A DNA stretch of 64,000 nt, taken from positions 3,616,001 to 3,680,000 of the forward strand of contig OZ243938.1 in the NCBI GenBank assembly GCA_965214095.1. The letters are read 5' to 3'. The position numbers and the translations under genes were made by a program. Shown piece after piece: positions 1-9,977 of the stretch. A model generated the notes under the pieces. That model did no database searches, was not told the origin of the DNA, and was given only the letters and a program-made list of their open reading frames with translations. Origin of the DNA: Candidatus Poribacteria bacterium. GTDB lineage: Bacteria; Poribacteria; WGA-4E; WGA-3G. Position 1 is the stretch's first letter. Every line of letters begins with the position of its first letter.

Positions 1-1
1 A

Positions 2-655
2 AACCGTGATTTGAAATACCAACTTAATAGTCTGCTGTTCAATATTGCAAGTAAGTGTAGATCAGCTGGTATTATAGAGTGGAGATATGCTTGAGTCGGA
101 AGACCTACTGCGTCGTAGGCAGCCTGCATTGGACGACCAACACCAGGAACGGATGAATAAACAATTTTGGGTTGACAGAGTGTTGGTAAGAAATTCATTG
201 GCTTAAGTTCCCACCAGAATTTTCCCTTATCCTGGTGATGCTTAGTCTTTAATCTCTCCTTGTAGCGTTTTAGGTGTTTGTAGATCGCCGGATATGTCCT
301 TTGAAACACTTTCTCTGCTTCGGTTTCATCGTTTGTAAAGGACCATGGCCAATTTATCTTGTGGCTGCTCGCAATTTTAATTAGATTGACCGGATGCGTT
401 TCCCATTTATTTTGCTTGCGTAAAAGAATTCTTTCCACGATTTCTCTGCTTCTGGTATCCTCATCAATCAACTGTTGAAGTGTAGATTTTTCTATAACGA
501 ATGGACTCGGTTTGCCAATTTTGATACTACCCGTGTATACATTCCAACTTTGTTCTAAAGGTTGTCCAAGGTTTTCTATTTTATTTAAGACAGAGATGAT
601 TTTTAGATTCATTGTCAAATCCCTTTGTAAGTTGATTCATGGTTTTGTTTTTCAT
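2..655 (-). CDS. TaqI-like C-terminal specificity (TRD) domain protein, partial (runs off the window start)
   Basis: Manual translation from ATG 655 (RBS AAAAGGA upstream): ...WPWSFTNDETEAEKVFQRTYPAIYKHLKRYKERL...GKFWWEL...QPKIVYS...LLAILNSRLLSWYF, typical of the Eco57I/TaqI_C TRD region. Not in the ORF track because it has no stop in the window. Confidence 0.7.
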
Positions 656-1010
656 ATTAATCCTTTTAAAGTGATTATACCAAATTAACGAGATCTGTAT
701 TGTTTTTGATGCTGAAAACACTGGCGGGCAGGGTAACCCTGCCCCTACGATTTAGGTTAATTTGGTATTATACCTCCTGTACAATAGTTTTCTTTGGTTT
801 ATGCTGCCTATATGATACCATTTCTATAAATGTTTATCCCATTAACATTTGTTAAGAATGTCTTGTAGGATGGCACAAACTGGCAGTTTGTGCTACAAAA
901 ATGCGGTATTTTCTATTAGAAATGGTATGAAATAACGCTGCGATTAGTACCATCAATAATAGGAAAATCTACAAACAAGTTTTCATGTTGTTACTCTATG
1001 TGTATTTTAG

Positions 1011-1991
1011 TTATAGGTGATCAACATCAATAATCGCCCGTGCTAATGCCCAATCTAATCTGCGACGATAGCAGCCATCACGGCGCAGACCTTTGAAAGC
1101 AGTCAAGAATACATCGTGTGTTTTTTCTCGGATTGTTGCCAAATGTCTGTTCAACGGATTTATATCCACTCTCCATGGCACTCCAATTTTTGTAATTGAA
1201 CGACAATGACCACGCACCGTATAATCACCTAATTCTGATGGTGGACAAAAACGGATAGAAGCCGAGATTGTGTTGTCTATAGCAATGAGTCCCAAATTTC
1301 CCTTCGGTTCATTGAAGACTATATTGCGATTCCTTGAAGATGTTGGGAGATGTCTACGGAGTTCAGTGAGTTTCCCAAGCAGTTGATTATTTCTCCACAC
1401 GTTGATATCTGGTGTAATGTCTGGCGTAAATAGTGCTAAACCGACAGGGTGTTCAGTATCCTCAAACATGTTTGTTTTTTCTTTCATACTTTTTCTTTTA
1501 CTTGTTTCGTGTTGTGTTTGAGGAACTAAGGAGATAAAATCACATAACCGTTCTGAAAAGAGTCCGCTCCGAATATACGCTTCAGGGATTATAGCCGCAA
1601 CCCATTGACAATACGTCAGACATTTTTCAAGTGCAATTTTGTACATATCATTATAGCAAGTATTCTTTGGGAAAGGTAATCCCCTTCTTGTGGCGGAGTT
1701 CCGCGCTAACCATGGTGGATTGGTGATGCATACGTTGAATCCCGTGGGAAAATCTGTAAGTGTATCGCGTTGATTGATTCCTTTCTCACCAGGTTCAATA
1801 TCGTAAAATGCCCAATCTTGGCAAGTTAGATGCGTGGATTCTATTAACCGTGCTATGTCTTTAGCACCTGCGAAAGGTTCTAATACGGTCTGACGGTTTA
1901 ATTCTGAATTTTCTGCCCACTTTCTGAAAGGTTCTAATTGAAAAGGATTGCCACGGGTATAGTATTGTCCATTTGCGCGTTTATTATTCAT
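1011..1991 (-). CDS. Amino-DNA methyltransferase (N6-adenine type), orphan
   Basis: GQYYT motif X, LEPFAG motif I, ITNPPW motif IV. Confidence 0.75.
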   Translation of the reverse strand: MNNKRANGQYYTRGNPFQLEPFRKWAENSELNRQTVLEPFAGAKDIARLIESTHLTCQDWAFYDIEPGEKGINQRDTLTDFPTGFNVCITNPPWLARNSATRRGLPFPKNTCYNDMYKIALEKCLTYCQWVAAIIPEAYIRSGLFSERLCDFISLVPQTQHETSKRKSMKEKTNMFEDTEHPVGLALFTPDITPDINVWRNNQLLGKLTELRRHLPTSSRNRNIVFNEPKGNLGLIAIDNTISASIRFCPPSELGDYTVRGHCRSITKIGVPWRVDINPLNRHLATIREKTHDVFLTAFKGLRRDGCYRRRLDWALARAIIDVDHL

Positions 1992-2534
1992 TTATGTTAC
2001 TGTTTTTGTTGTTTTGAATTTATTGGATGTCTTTCAGTAATATACACATATTCGCGTAATATATCAAGTGGAATTTATTGAATGAAAGAGGCGCAATGAA
2101 TTGCGCGACTACAAACCAGACGCATTGAAGAGAATTACATTTTTGGATTGTGAAACATCACCTATTGAATGTCCGAGGTGCAATAGAGCGCGCGGGTGAA
2201 TGTGCGTTAGACATTTCACAACTGTTCATATTCTGGTTGATACTTTTAGGCAATTGGTAATTTTTTCTGTACACGGATCCTGTCTATGACTGGGTTTTTC
2301 CGACCAAAAAATTACCAATTTTACCAATTGGTAGATTTGCAGGATTATAAATTTGTTTCTGCAAAGTTCCTATTCCCAGTTTGACGTTTATTCTCTGGAT
2401 GGCACTTTGATGTTTCAGATTCTTATCCTGAAAATCTACTAATCCTGAAAATCCTGGTTCAGACAAGGAAGAACTCCACTAAATTGATGTCTATGATACC
2501 AAAAACTTTACACACCCCTCTATGACAAAAATAT

Positions 2535-2628
2535 TTGACAAACTTACCTATAACGTGTAATATATCAATCAAATTCAGTTGTTGGGTTAAACTTAAATCA
2601 AAATATGAATATGAGTCTCAATATCATA
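2535..2628 (+). promoter_or_regulatory. Sigma70 promoter plus downstream imperfect palindrome (candidate Fur-like operator)
   Basis: TTGACA(2535)-17-TAATAT(2558); TATGAATATGAGTCTCAATATCATA at 2604-2628, upstream of the iron-binding protein. Confidence 0.55.
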
Positions 2629-2646
2629 AAAAATAAGGAGATGACT

Positions 2647-3657
2647 ATGCTTAAAAATCATTTGAATTTCTTCAGATACTTTCTAATAATTGTGTTGGTG
2701 TTTACGTTGATTACTGCGACACATGCAGAGACATTAACGCTGTATTCCGGACGTAGTAAGAGTTTGGTTGATCCGATTATTCAGCAATTTGAAAAAGAAA
2801 CAGGTATTGAAGTAAAGGTAAGTTATGCAAATACAACTCAGTTGGCAGCGAAACTTCGGACTGAGGGAGATAATAGTCCTGCCGATCTATTTTGGGCGCA
2901 GGATGCGGGTGCATTGGGTGCGGTAAGTAAGAAAGGTCTGTTTGCGAAACTGCCGGAATCTGCTCTTAGTAAAGTTCCAGAAACTTTCCGACAAACCGAC
3001 GGATTGTGGATTGCGACAAGTGGTAGGGCGCGTGTGCTTGCATATTCACCTGAACGCGTAAGTGCAGAAACACTCCCAGATAGTGTGTTTGATTTGACGC
3101 TACCGAAGTGGAAAGGAAAAGTGGGGTGGGCACCGCTCAATGCTTCGTTCCAAGCGTTTGTAACTGCAATGCGGGCGCAGGTAGGTGAGGAACGTGCTGA
3201 ACAGTGGCTGCGTGATATGAAAGCAAACGGGGCAAAAACATATCCAAAGAATACACCGATTATTGAAGCACTTGCTGCTGGGGAAATTGATCTCGGTTTA
3301 CCGAACCATTACTATCTCTTTCGTTTCAAGAAAGGAAATTCAAAATATCCTGTTGAGCAGACCTTTTTTAAAGCAAATGATCCGGGTAATCTTGTTAATG
3401 TTGCTGGAATTGGTTTATTAAAAAGTAGTGAAAACCGAGAAACTGCCCTGAAGTTCATTGCATATCTTCTTTCTGTGAAGGCACAACAATACTTCGTCAG
3501 TGAAGTGTTTGAGTATCCCGTTACTGAAGGTGTGATACCGAATGCCAACTTGTTGCCTTTGGATGAATTGCTAAAGATTGTACCGACGTTCAACTTGAAT
3601 GAAATGGACGATCTTGAAGGGACACTGAAACTTTTGAGACGTGTGGAGATTATGTAG
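2647..3657 (+). CDS. Fe(III) ABC transporter substrate-binding protein (FbpA/FutA-like)
   Basis: Signal peptide, LYSGR, SPADLFWAQDAG, NHYY. Start moved to ATG 2647, 6 nt after AAGGAG. Confidence 0.9.
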   Translation: MLKNHLNFFRYFLIIVLVFTLITATHAETLTLYSGRSKSLVDPIIQQFEKETGIEVKVSYANTTQLAAKLRTEGDNSPADLFWAQDAGALGAVSKKGLFAKLPESALSKVPETFRQTDGLWIATSGRARVLAYSPERVSAETLPDSVFDLTLPKWKGKVGWAPLNASFQAFVTAMRAQVGEERAEQWLRDMKANGAKTYPKNTPIIEALAAGEIDLGLPNHYYLFRFKKGNSKYPVEQTFFKANDPGNLVNVAGIGLLKSSENRETALKFIAYLLSVKAQQYFVSEVFEYPVTEGVIPNANLLPLDELLKIVPTFNLNEMDDLEGTLKLLRRVEIM

Positions 3658-3799
3658 ATAAGGTTTGAATACTTACTTATAGTGAATTATAAATATAAGT
3701 TGACACTTTCGACCCACGGTAGGCGAGGTTTCCTAACATCGCCGATGCAGAGTGTTCAAGTAATTTCAAAATCTACTATAGTTTTTGAGGTGAGTCACC

Positions 3800-5353
3800 A
3801 TAAGACAACACACCTTTTCTTCTGTTAGTCAAAGATGGTCCTTCATTATACCAACAATACTTGTTGGTGTATGTGGTTTGGTGCCGTTACTATATCTGAT
3901 AATTGAAGCGATTAATGTCGAAGGTAGTGTCCTTGTTGGAAATCTGTTTCGCATGCTTAATGCGAAACTATTTTTCAATACATTGCTGTTGACTGTTGGC
4001 GTTCTTGTTCTTAATATTCTTTTGGTGACTCCTGCTGCATGGTTGACGGCACATTCAGACCTACGTGGCAAACGGATTTTTAGTGTCCTATGTACATTAC
4101 CGTTAGCAATCCCTGGGTATGTGATGGCATTAGCTCTCTTGGGACTCGGTGGTAATAACGGTATTTTCGCATCATTGTTTGGTAAGAGTATCCCCCGTCT
4201 TAGCGGTTACTGGGGTGCTTTAATCGCGCTCTCTTTCTACACAAGTCCATATCTTTTTCTGAACTTACGGACAGCACTTCAAGGATTGGATCCTAATCTT
4301 GAAGAGTCCGCGAGGAGTCTGGGGTATCGGCAGTGGCGTGTGTTTTTTCGTGTTATCCTACCACAACTTCGTCCGGCATTTTATGCTGCGGGGATGCTTA
4401 TTACACTTCATGTGGTCGGGGATTTCGGTGTTGTCTCGTTAATGCGATTTGAGACATTTAGTTATGCGCTTTACGTTGAGTATAGTGTTGCATTTGAATA
4501 TAACTACGCAGCGTGGCTCGGTCTAATACTTCTCAGTTTTACTGGGTGTCTGCTGTTTCTTGAAATGCGTCTTTTGAGTACTGTAACTCTTTATCGTGCT
4601 GGACATGGTGTCTCCCGGCACCGCTCTTTTATTCCATTACACAAATGGTCAGGTATCGGATATTCATATTTGGTATTACTTTTTATTGTCACTGTCGGCA
4701 TACCGACAATAACAGTATGTCTTTGGATGTATAAGGGGTTTGATACGTCAACATTAGTTGACCTGTTGGAATCGTTAATTGGTTCATTAGGCGTGGCTAT
4801 TCCGGCAGCAGTTTGTAGTGCTGTTTTAGCTGTTCCATTTGCATATATCGGTGTGCGTTATTCCGGACGTTTCTCAAACATATTGGCGCGTATCCCGTAT
4901 TTTATTTATGCCATCCCACCACTTGCTCTCGGTTTATCCATTATCTTTTCTATTGGCAGTGCTAATACCATAGTGATATTGATCTGCGCGTGTATTCTTC
5001 ACTTCCTTGCTGAAGCGACTGGTCCTGTCCGCAGTTCCATCTATCAGACCTCACCGCATTTGGAGGAAGCAGCACGGACACTCGGTTGTTCATCCTTCCA
5101 AGCATTTTGTCGGACATTATTGCCACTTATCTTACGTGGTATGTTGATTGCCATGGCACTTGTGTTTCTTGCTACAATGAAGGAATTGCCGCTTACACTC
5201 CTCCTACGTCCTGCTGGATACGAGACATTAGCAGCAAATGTGTGGGATTACACCTCTGAAGCGATGTATGCAGAAGCTGCACTCAATGCATTTGTCATAC
5301 TACTTTTTTCTGCTATATTTGTCCGTTTCCTTATCCGCAAAGATGAGGCGTGA
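3800..5353 (+). CDS. Fe(III) ABC transporter permease (FbpB-like)
   Basis: Two EAA loops (LEESARSLG, LEEAARTLG), DFG and KELP motifs. The frame is open back to ATA 3800; the track starts at TTG 3878. Confidence 0.85.
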   Translation: MRQHTFSSVSQRWSFIIPTILVGVCGLVPLLYLIIEAINVEGSVLVGNLFRMLNAKLFFNTLLLTVGVLVLNILLVTPAAWLTAHSDLRGKRIFSVLCTLPLAIPGYVMALALLGLGGNNGIFASLFGKSIPRLSGYWGALIALSFYTSPYLFLNLRTALQGLDPNLEESARSLGYRQWRVFFRVILPQLRPAFYAAGMLITLHVVGDFGVVSLMRFETFSYALYVEYSVAFEYNYAAWLGLILLSFTGCLLFLEMRLLSTVTLYRAGHGVSRHRSFIPLHKWSGIGYSYLVLLFIVTVGIPTITVCLWMYKGFDTSTLVDLLESLIGSLGVAIPAAVCSAVLAVPFAYIGVRYSGRFSNILARIPYFIYAIPPLALGLSIIFSIGSANTIVILICACILHFLAEATGPVRSSIYQTSPHLEEAARTLGCSSFQAFCRTLLPLILRGMLIAMALVFLATMKELPLTLLLRPAGYETLAANVWDYTSEAMYAEAALNAFVILLFSAIFVRFLIRKDEA

Positions 5354-5373
5354 GACAATTTGTCAACAATTCT

Positions 5374-5402
5374 TTGACATATCTGTCTATATTTGATATA
5401 AT
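5374..5402 (+). promoter_or_regulatory. Sigma70 promoter with extended -10
   Basis: TTGACA-17-TATAAT with TG at -15/-14. Confidence 0.65.
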
Positions 5403-5467
5403 GCGCGAATACCGTCTATCAGGTTTATTTAGTTTTAGGTTTTTCTTAACTCCTACTAAATGCCAAA

Positions 5468-5675
5468 GCCGGTAGGTTCGGTTTCCTAACCGAACCGGAT
5501 TTGTGCCAAATACCTTTATAGAGGTTCTCGCACAGGTTGCGTGCGGTTAGGAAACCGCACCTATCGGCCTGGGGAAAACGCCTAATTTACACTAAATTGA
5601 CGCCTATGGTTCGGTTTCCTAACCGAACCTACCAGCACGGGAATAACGCGTAATTTTCCTTAAATTGATGCCCGA
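5468..5675. repeat. REP-A cluster with partial IS4-type MITE end
   Basis: GGTAGGTTCGGTTTCCTAACCGAACC hairpins; MITE end CTAAATTGACGCCTATG ends at 5608. Confidence 0.8.
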
Positions 5676-5726
5676 CCTGTTCACCGTGAAGAAACTTGCT
5701 GTGCAATATTATATGGAATACATACA

Positions 5727-6377
5727 TTGTTAGATTTTTTTACCTTGCCCACGTATAATACACTCGGTCTGAACGCACTCAGGATATTCCTCTCTTTCGC
5801 ACTGAGTCTATTTATTGTCCTTATCTATCAGTGGACACATACCAAGGTTCCACAAAGATCTTTTACCAATACACTTATTATATTATGTATACTAATATCA
5901 GTGGTGATGGTAGTTATCGGTGATAGTATTGCGCGTGCGTTTAGTCTTGTTGGTGCTTTGTCAATAATCCGTTTTCGTACAGCGATTCAAGACCCGCGGG
6001 ACATTGCGTTTGTGTTTTATGCATTAGCTGTTGGCATGGCAGTTGGTGCTGGAAGTCCCGCAGTTGCTATACTTGCTACATTCCTCATAGGTATCATCAT
6101 CCTTTGTATGTATCATTGGCATCAACATTTTGATAAAAGGGATGAATTTACACTTGAGATCTGTTTACCATCTAACATTACTTCCGAAACGGTGTATCGT
6201 CAAATATTTGATAAGCACGTTATACAGGAACGTCTGATTGAAAAACGGATCAAAAAGACACAGGTTGTTGAGCTGAATTTTCGTGTCAAATTGGCAAAGC
6301 CGGACGACTGGCTGACGTTTTATAATGAACTCACGACGAATGAAAATATTGTAGAAGTGAAATTGGATAAGGAGTAA
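5727..6377 (+). CDS. DUF4956 membrane protein
   Basis: SIARAFSLVGALSIIRFRTAIQDPRDIAFVF signature. Confidence 0.85.
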   Translation: MLDFFTLPTYNTLGLNALRIFLSFALSLFIVLIYQWTHTKVPQRSFTNTLIILCILISVVMVVIGDSIARAFSLVGALSIIRFRTAIQDPRDIAFVFYALAVGMAVGAGSPAVAILATFLIGIIILCMYHWHQHFDKRDEFTLEICLPSNITSETVYRQIFDKHVIQERLIEKRIKKTQVVELNFRVKLAKPDDWLTFYNELTTNENIVEVKLDKE

Positions 6378-6434
6378 AAGACGAACACTTCTGTGCATCA
6401 GCTGTCTAAACCTGAAAAAATAAAGGAGCTTACA

Positions 6435-8924
6435 ATGAAACTGATAAAAATAATACTACTATTTGGCATCATATTATGTTTTGCTACTTACGTTTATGCA
6501 CAAGATAATGCGACATCAGACAAACTTACTGAAGACCAGAAACGATTTGACTTTGATGGGAATGGAACGCTTAGTCCCGATGAAAACTCGGTAATGGTTA
6601 GCGTTACAAATATAGAAGTCTTCACTGATAGTAAATTCAGCAGTGAAGAGATAGAGAAAATGCGTGGTGGTGGTGGTGGTCCTCCACAAGGTTTTGGCGG
6701 TGGTCCTCCTCAAGGTTTTGGTGGTGGAGGTCGTCCCCCACAAGGTGGTGGAGGTGGTAGACGGGGTCCCCGTCCACCGGAAAAATTGGTTGAAAAGTTT
6801 GATACAAATAAAGATGGGAAGTTGACAGGAGATGAGCGAAAAGCAGCTATTGAAGCACGAGGTGAAGTTTATATGCCTGAGCAACGCGCTGGTACACCTG
6901 TTGGCGATATTCAAGATGATGTGAAAAATAGCCTTGCTGCTGCACCAAAAGATTCACCGAATCTCTATGATGCGGGAACACTCCGTACATTATATCTCCG
7001 TTTCCACGATGAAGATTGGTACGCACAACTGAACGCATTTTATCGCACAGATGTTGAAGTGCCTGCAGATTTGGTTGTAGATGGAAAAGTATATAAGGAG
7101 ATAGGTGTTCGCGCGCGTGGCACTTCATCCTACTTTACTGTGAATTCCGCCAAGAAATCGTTTAATGTTGCCATTGACTATGGTGACGATTCCCAAAGAC
7201 TTAATGGATACAAAACGCTCAATTTGCTCAATGGACATGTTGATGCATCATTTCTTAGAGAGGTACTGTTTAATAGAATTGCGCGAGACTATTTTCCGGC
7301 AATGAAAACGAACCTTGTGAGATTGGTTATCAACGGTGAAAGTTGGGGTGTTTATATCAATCTTCAGCAGTATAACAAGGATTTTTTGGATGAGTGGTTT
7401 GGCACAAGAGATGGCGTGCGGTTTAAAGTGGGACCCGGTGGCGGTGGATTGACTTATACAGGAAACGATGTTGAAGCATATCAGGGGACGTATCAACTCA
7501 AGACTGCGAATGTTGAAAATCCTTATGATAATCTGATTGAACTGACTGAGATGCTTGACGCAAAAACACCTGATGAGAAGTTGAAAACCGACCTACCATC
7601 CATATTAAATATTGACCGTGCACTGTGGCAACTCGCTGTCTCAAACGTTTTTATGGATGATGATAGTTATATTCACAAAGGTGGAGATTTTTCTATTTAT
7701 CAGGATGTCAACGAGAGATTCCATCTCATATCGCATGACAATAATGAAACTTTCAGATTTGGTGCAGAACGGCGAGGTGGTGGTCCAGGTGGCAGAGGTC
7801 CCGGCGGTTGGTCGTGGGGAGAATTGTCAGATGGAATGGTATCACCTGTTACACATGCAGAAAATAACATGCGACCCGTTATTAGCCGTCTGATCGGCGT
7901 TCCAGAGTGGAAAGCGCGGTATATCGCACATGTCCAAACTGTCGTGGATGAGTGGCTCAATTGGGAGGTGATGGAACCTGTCATCAGAGAGTATCACACC
8001 CTTATTGCTGAGGATGTTGAGAGCGATGATAAGAAGTTATATGACTACAATAGTTTTCTGGAAAGTGTTGATAAAGAAGGTGTTCGACGCACTCCGAGTT
8101 TCAAAGTATTTGTTACACAACGACGCGACAATCTACTGAATCATCCTGAATTGAATAAACCGACACCGAAGATTCTCTCCGTTTCCACACCAGAAAATCC
8201 CGTTGCAAATCAATCTGTTGAAATAATGGCAGAATTGGATAATACTGTTGCGGCGGATTCTGTTCTGTTGTATTATGGCACTGACAGACATGTACCTTTT
8301 AGTCATGTGGCAATGTCAAGAAACGGGGACAGATATGTAGGAAGTATTCCCGGTTTTCCAGTGGAAACAGCCGTATATTACTATGTTGAAGCGAGTGCTG
8401 TGGAAACACATGGCACTACAACATTTTCACCGGCACGTGCAGAATTTGGTGCAGCACATTACCGCGTCACTGCACCGCGTGCGAAATCGATATCAGTTGT
8501 AATAAATGAACTGATGGCAGCAAATACACAGAGCATAACTGATCCGCAAGGCGAATACGAAGACTGGCTTGAACTGCACAATATTACAGATGAAGTTGTG
8601 AATTTGGCAGGGATGTATCTCACTGATAAAGCTGACAATTTGAAGAAATGGGAATTTCCTGAAGGGACTACTATTCCCGCACACGGATACTTAATTGTAT
8701 GGTTAGATGAAGATGGTAAGGCAACAGATGGACTGCATGCCAACTTTAAATTGTCACGAAACGGTGAAACTGTGATGTTGGTGGATACGGATGCACGCAA
8801 CAATCAAATTGTTGATATTATTGCTTTTGAGCAGTTGGAGAGAGATATTGCTCTTGGTAGATCGCCAAATGCCAACGGTGAATTTCAAGTTTTACCGATG
8901 ACACCTGGGAAACGAAACAGGTAG
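6435..8924 (+). CDS. Secreted CotH-family kinase with EF-hand motifs, Gly/Pro-rich linker and C-terminal lamin-tail domain
   Basis: GVRARGTSS, KKSFN, GYKTLNLLNG, D..FLRE; EF-hands DFDGNGTLS and DTNKDGKLT; INELMA..EDWLELHN. ATG 6435 follows AAGGAG. Confidence 0.85.
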   Translation: MKLIKIILLFGIILCFATYVYAQDNATSDKLTEDQKRFDFDGNGTLSPDENSVMVSVTNIEVFTDSKFSSEEIEKMRGGGGGPPQGFGGGPPQGFGGGGRPPQGGGGGRRGPRPPEKLVEKFDTNKDGKLTGDERKAAIEARGEVYMPEQRAGTPVGDIQDDVKNSLAAAPKDSPNLYDAGTLRTLYLRFHDEDWYAQLNAFYRTDVEVPADLVVDGKVYKEIGVRARGTSSYFTVNSAKKSFNVAIDYGDDSQRLNGYKTLNLLNGHVDASFLREVLFNRIARDYFPAMKTNLVRLVINGESWGVYINLQQYNKDFLDEWFGTRDGVRFKVGPGGGGLTYTGNDVEAYQGTYQLKTANVENPYDNLIELTEMLDAKTPDEKLKTDLPSILNIDRALWQLAVSNVFMDDDSYIHKGGDFSIYQDVNERFHLISHDNNETFRFGAERRGGGPGGRGPGGWSWGELSDGMVSPVTHAENNMRPVISRLIGVPEWKARYIAHVQTVVDEWLNWEVMEPVIREYHTLIAEDVESDDKKLYDYNSFLESVDKEGVRRTPSFKVFVTQRRDNLLNHPELNKPTPKILSVSTPENPVANQSVEIMAELDNTVAADSVLLYYGTDRHVPFSHVAMSRNGDRYVGSIPGFPVETAVYYYVEASAVETHGTTTFSPARAEFGAAHYRVTAPRAKSISVVINELMAANTQSITDPQGEYEDWLELHNITDEVVNLAGMYLTDKADNLKKWEFPEGTTIPAHGYLIVWLDEDGKATDGLHANFKLSRNGETVMLVDTDARNNQIVDIIAFEQLERDIALGRSPNANGEFQVLPMTPGKRNR

Positions 8925-9207
8925 TTTAAAGTGAAATCTATAATTACTTGCACACAATTGTAGCGCAAACTGCCAGTTTGCGTACACTACTGCACAAACT
9001 GGATGAAGATTAATTTATTAAACGGGTAATTCTTATTTTCCCAAACCCGGTAGGTGCGGTTTCCTAACCGCACGGAACCTGTGCGAGAACCTCTATAAAG
9101 GTATTTGGCACAAATCCGGTTCGGTTAGGAAACCGAACCTACCTTAGTGTGCATATATTTTTGTATTTCACTATATATCATAAAAAATGTATCTCCAAAA
9201 GAAATAC

Positions 9208-9235
9208 GAACCTTTTTTGTTCTTGTGATGTCTAA
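9208..9235 (+). promoter_or_regulatory. ECF (sigmaE-type) promoter, probably autoregulatory
   Basis: GAACCT-N16-GTCTAA directly upstream of the ECF sigma gene. Confidence 0.6.
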
Positions 9236-9308
9236 CGTGTTAAAAGCAAAATTTGAAACGAATAGCAAGAAAACTACGTGAGACTTACATGACTTCTGGA
9301 GGAGATAA

Positions 9309-9929
9309 ATGTCCGTTTTGACACTGACGGTTAATATGGAAACCTATTCGGAAATAGCACAAGTGGAAGATTTTGATACCGAACAGGAACGCGAACTTAT
9401 CTTGCGATGCCAAGAGCGAGATTCAGCTGCGATGGGAACGCTCATAGTGCAATACCAGCACTGGGTGTATAATATCGCTTATGGTATACTGGGTCATCAT
9501 GAAGATGCGGAGGACGCGGCGCATGACGCGTTCCTCTCTGTTTGGCAAAATATAGATAGTTTCAAATTCCGATCAAGGTTTTCTACATGGCTGTACCGAA
9601 TTGTGAAGAATAAATGCCTGAATGTAATTGATCAACGAAAACGTAGAAAAACGGATCCAATGGATATTGATGACTCTCAACCGTGGGTGCCGCTTGACAA
9701 TACGACCCCTGAACAGGAAGTACTTCGCACTGAACAGAGTGAAATTCTACATGCTGCACTTGGTAGATTGAAAGAGAGTTATCGGACGATCTTGATCTTG
9801 CGTGAATTACGTGAACTTTCTTATGAAGAGATAGCGGAAGTGCTGAACTGCACACTGGGACGCGTCAAATCCCGATTGCACGAGGCACGAAAAGCTTTGA
9901 GGGAAGAACTTGAACGAATAGAATGGTAA
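9309..9929 (+). CDS. ECF RNA polymerase sigma factor (RpoE-like)
   Basis: DAEDAAHDAF, SRFSTWLYRI, LSYEEIAEVL..TLGRVKSRLHEAR. Confidence 0.92.
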   Translation: MSVLTLTVNMETYSEIAQVEDFDTEQERELILRCQERDSAAMGTLIVQYQHWVYNIAYGILGHHEDAEDAAHDAFLSVWQNIDSFKFRSRFSTWLYRIVKNKCLNVIDQRKRRKTDPMDIDDSQPWVPLDNTTPEQEVLRTEQSEILHAALGRLKESYRTILILRELRELSYEEIAEVLNCTLGRVKSRLHEARKALREELERIEW

Positions 9930-9977
9930 GTGTGTTTTGTGATTTTGGCACACATAAACTAATATTGGTTTAGATAA

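Noticed and set aside
2284-2466. Small ORF family MSEPGFSG..NPENLLILKILVQT (also 13948, 33234, 37299)
   Set aside because: These are translations of the family-B palindromic element; there is no evidence they are real genes.
6516-8803. Many short antisense or alternate-frame ORFs inside long genes, here and throughout the window
   Set aside because: They are shadow ORFs of well-supported genes, with no motifs or RBS.
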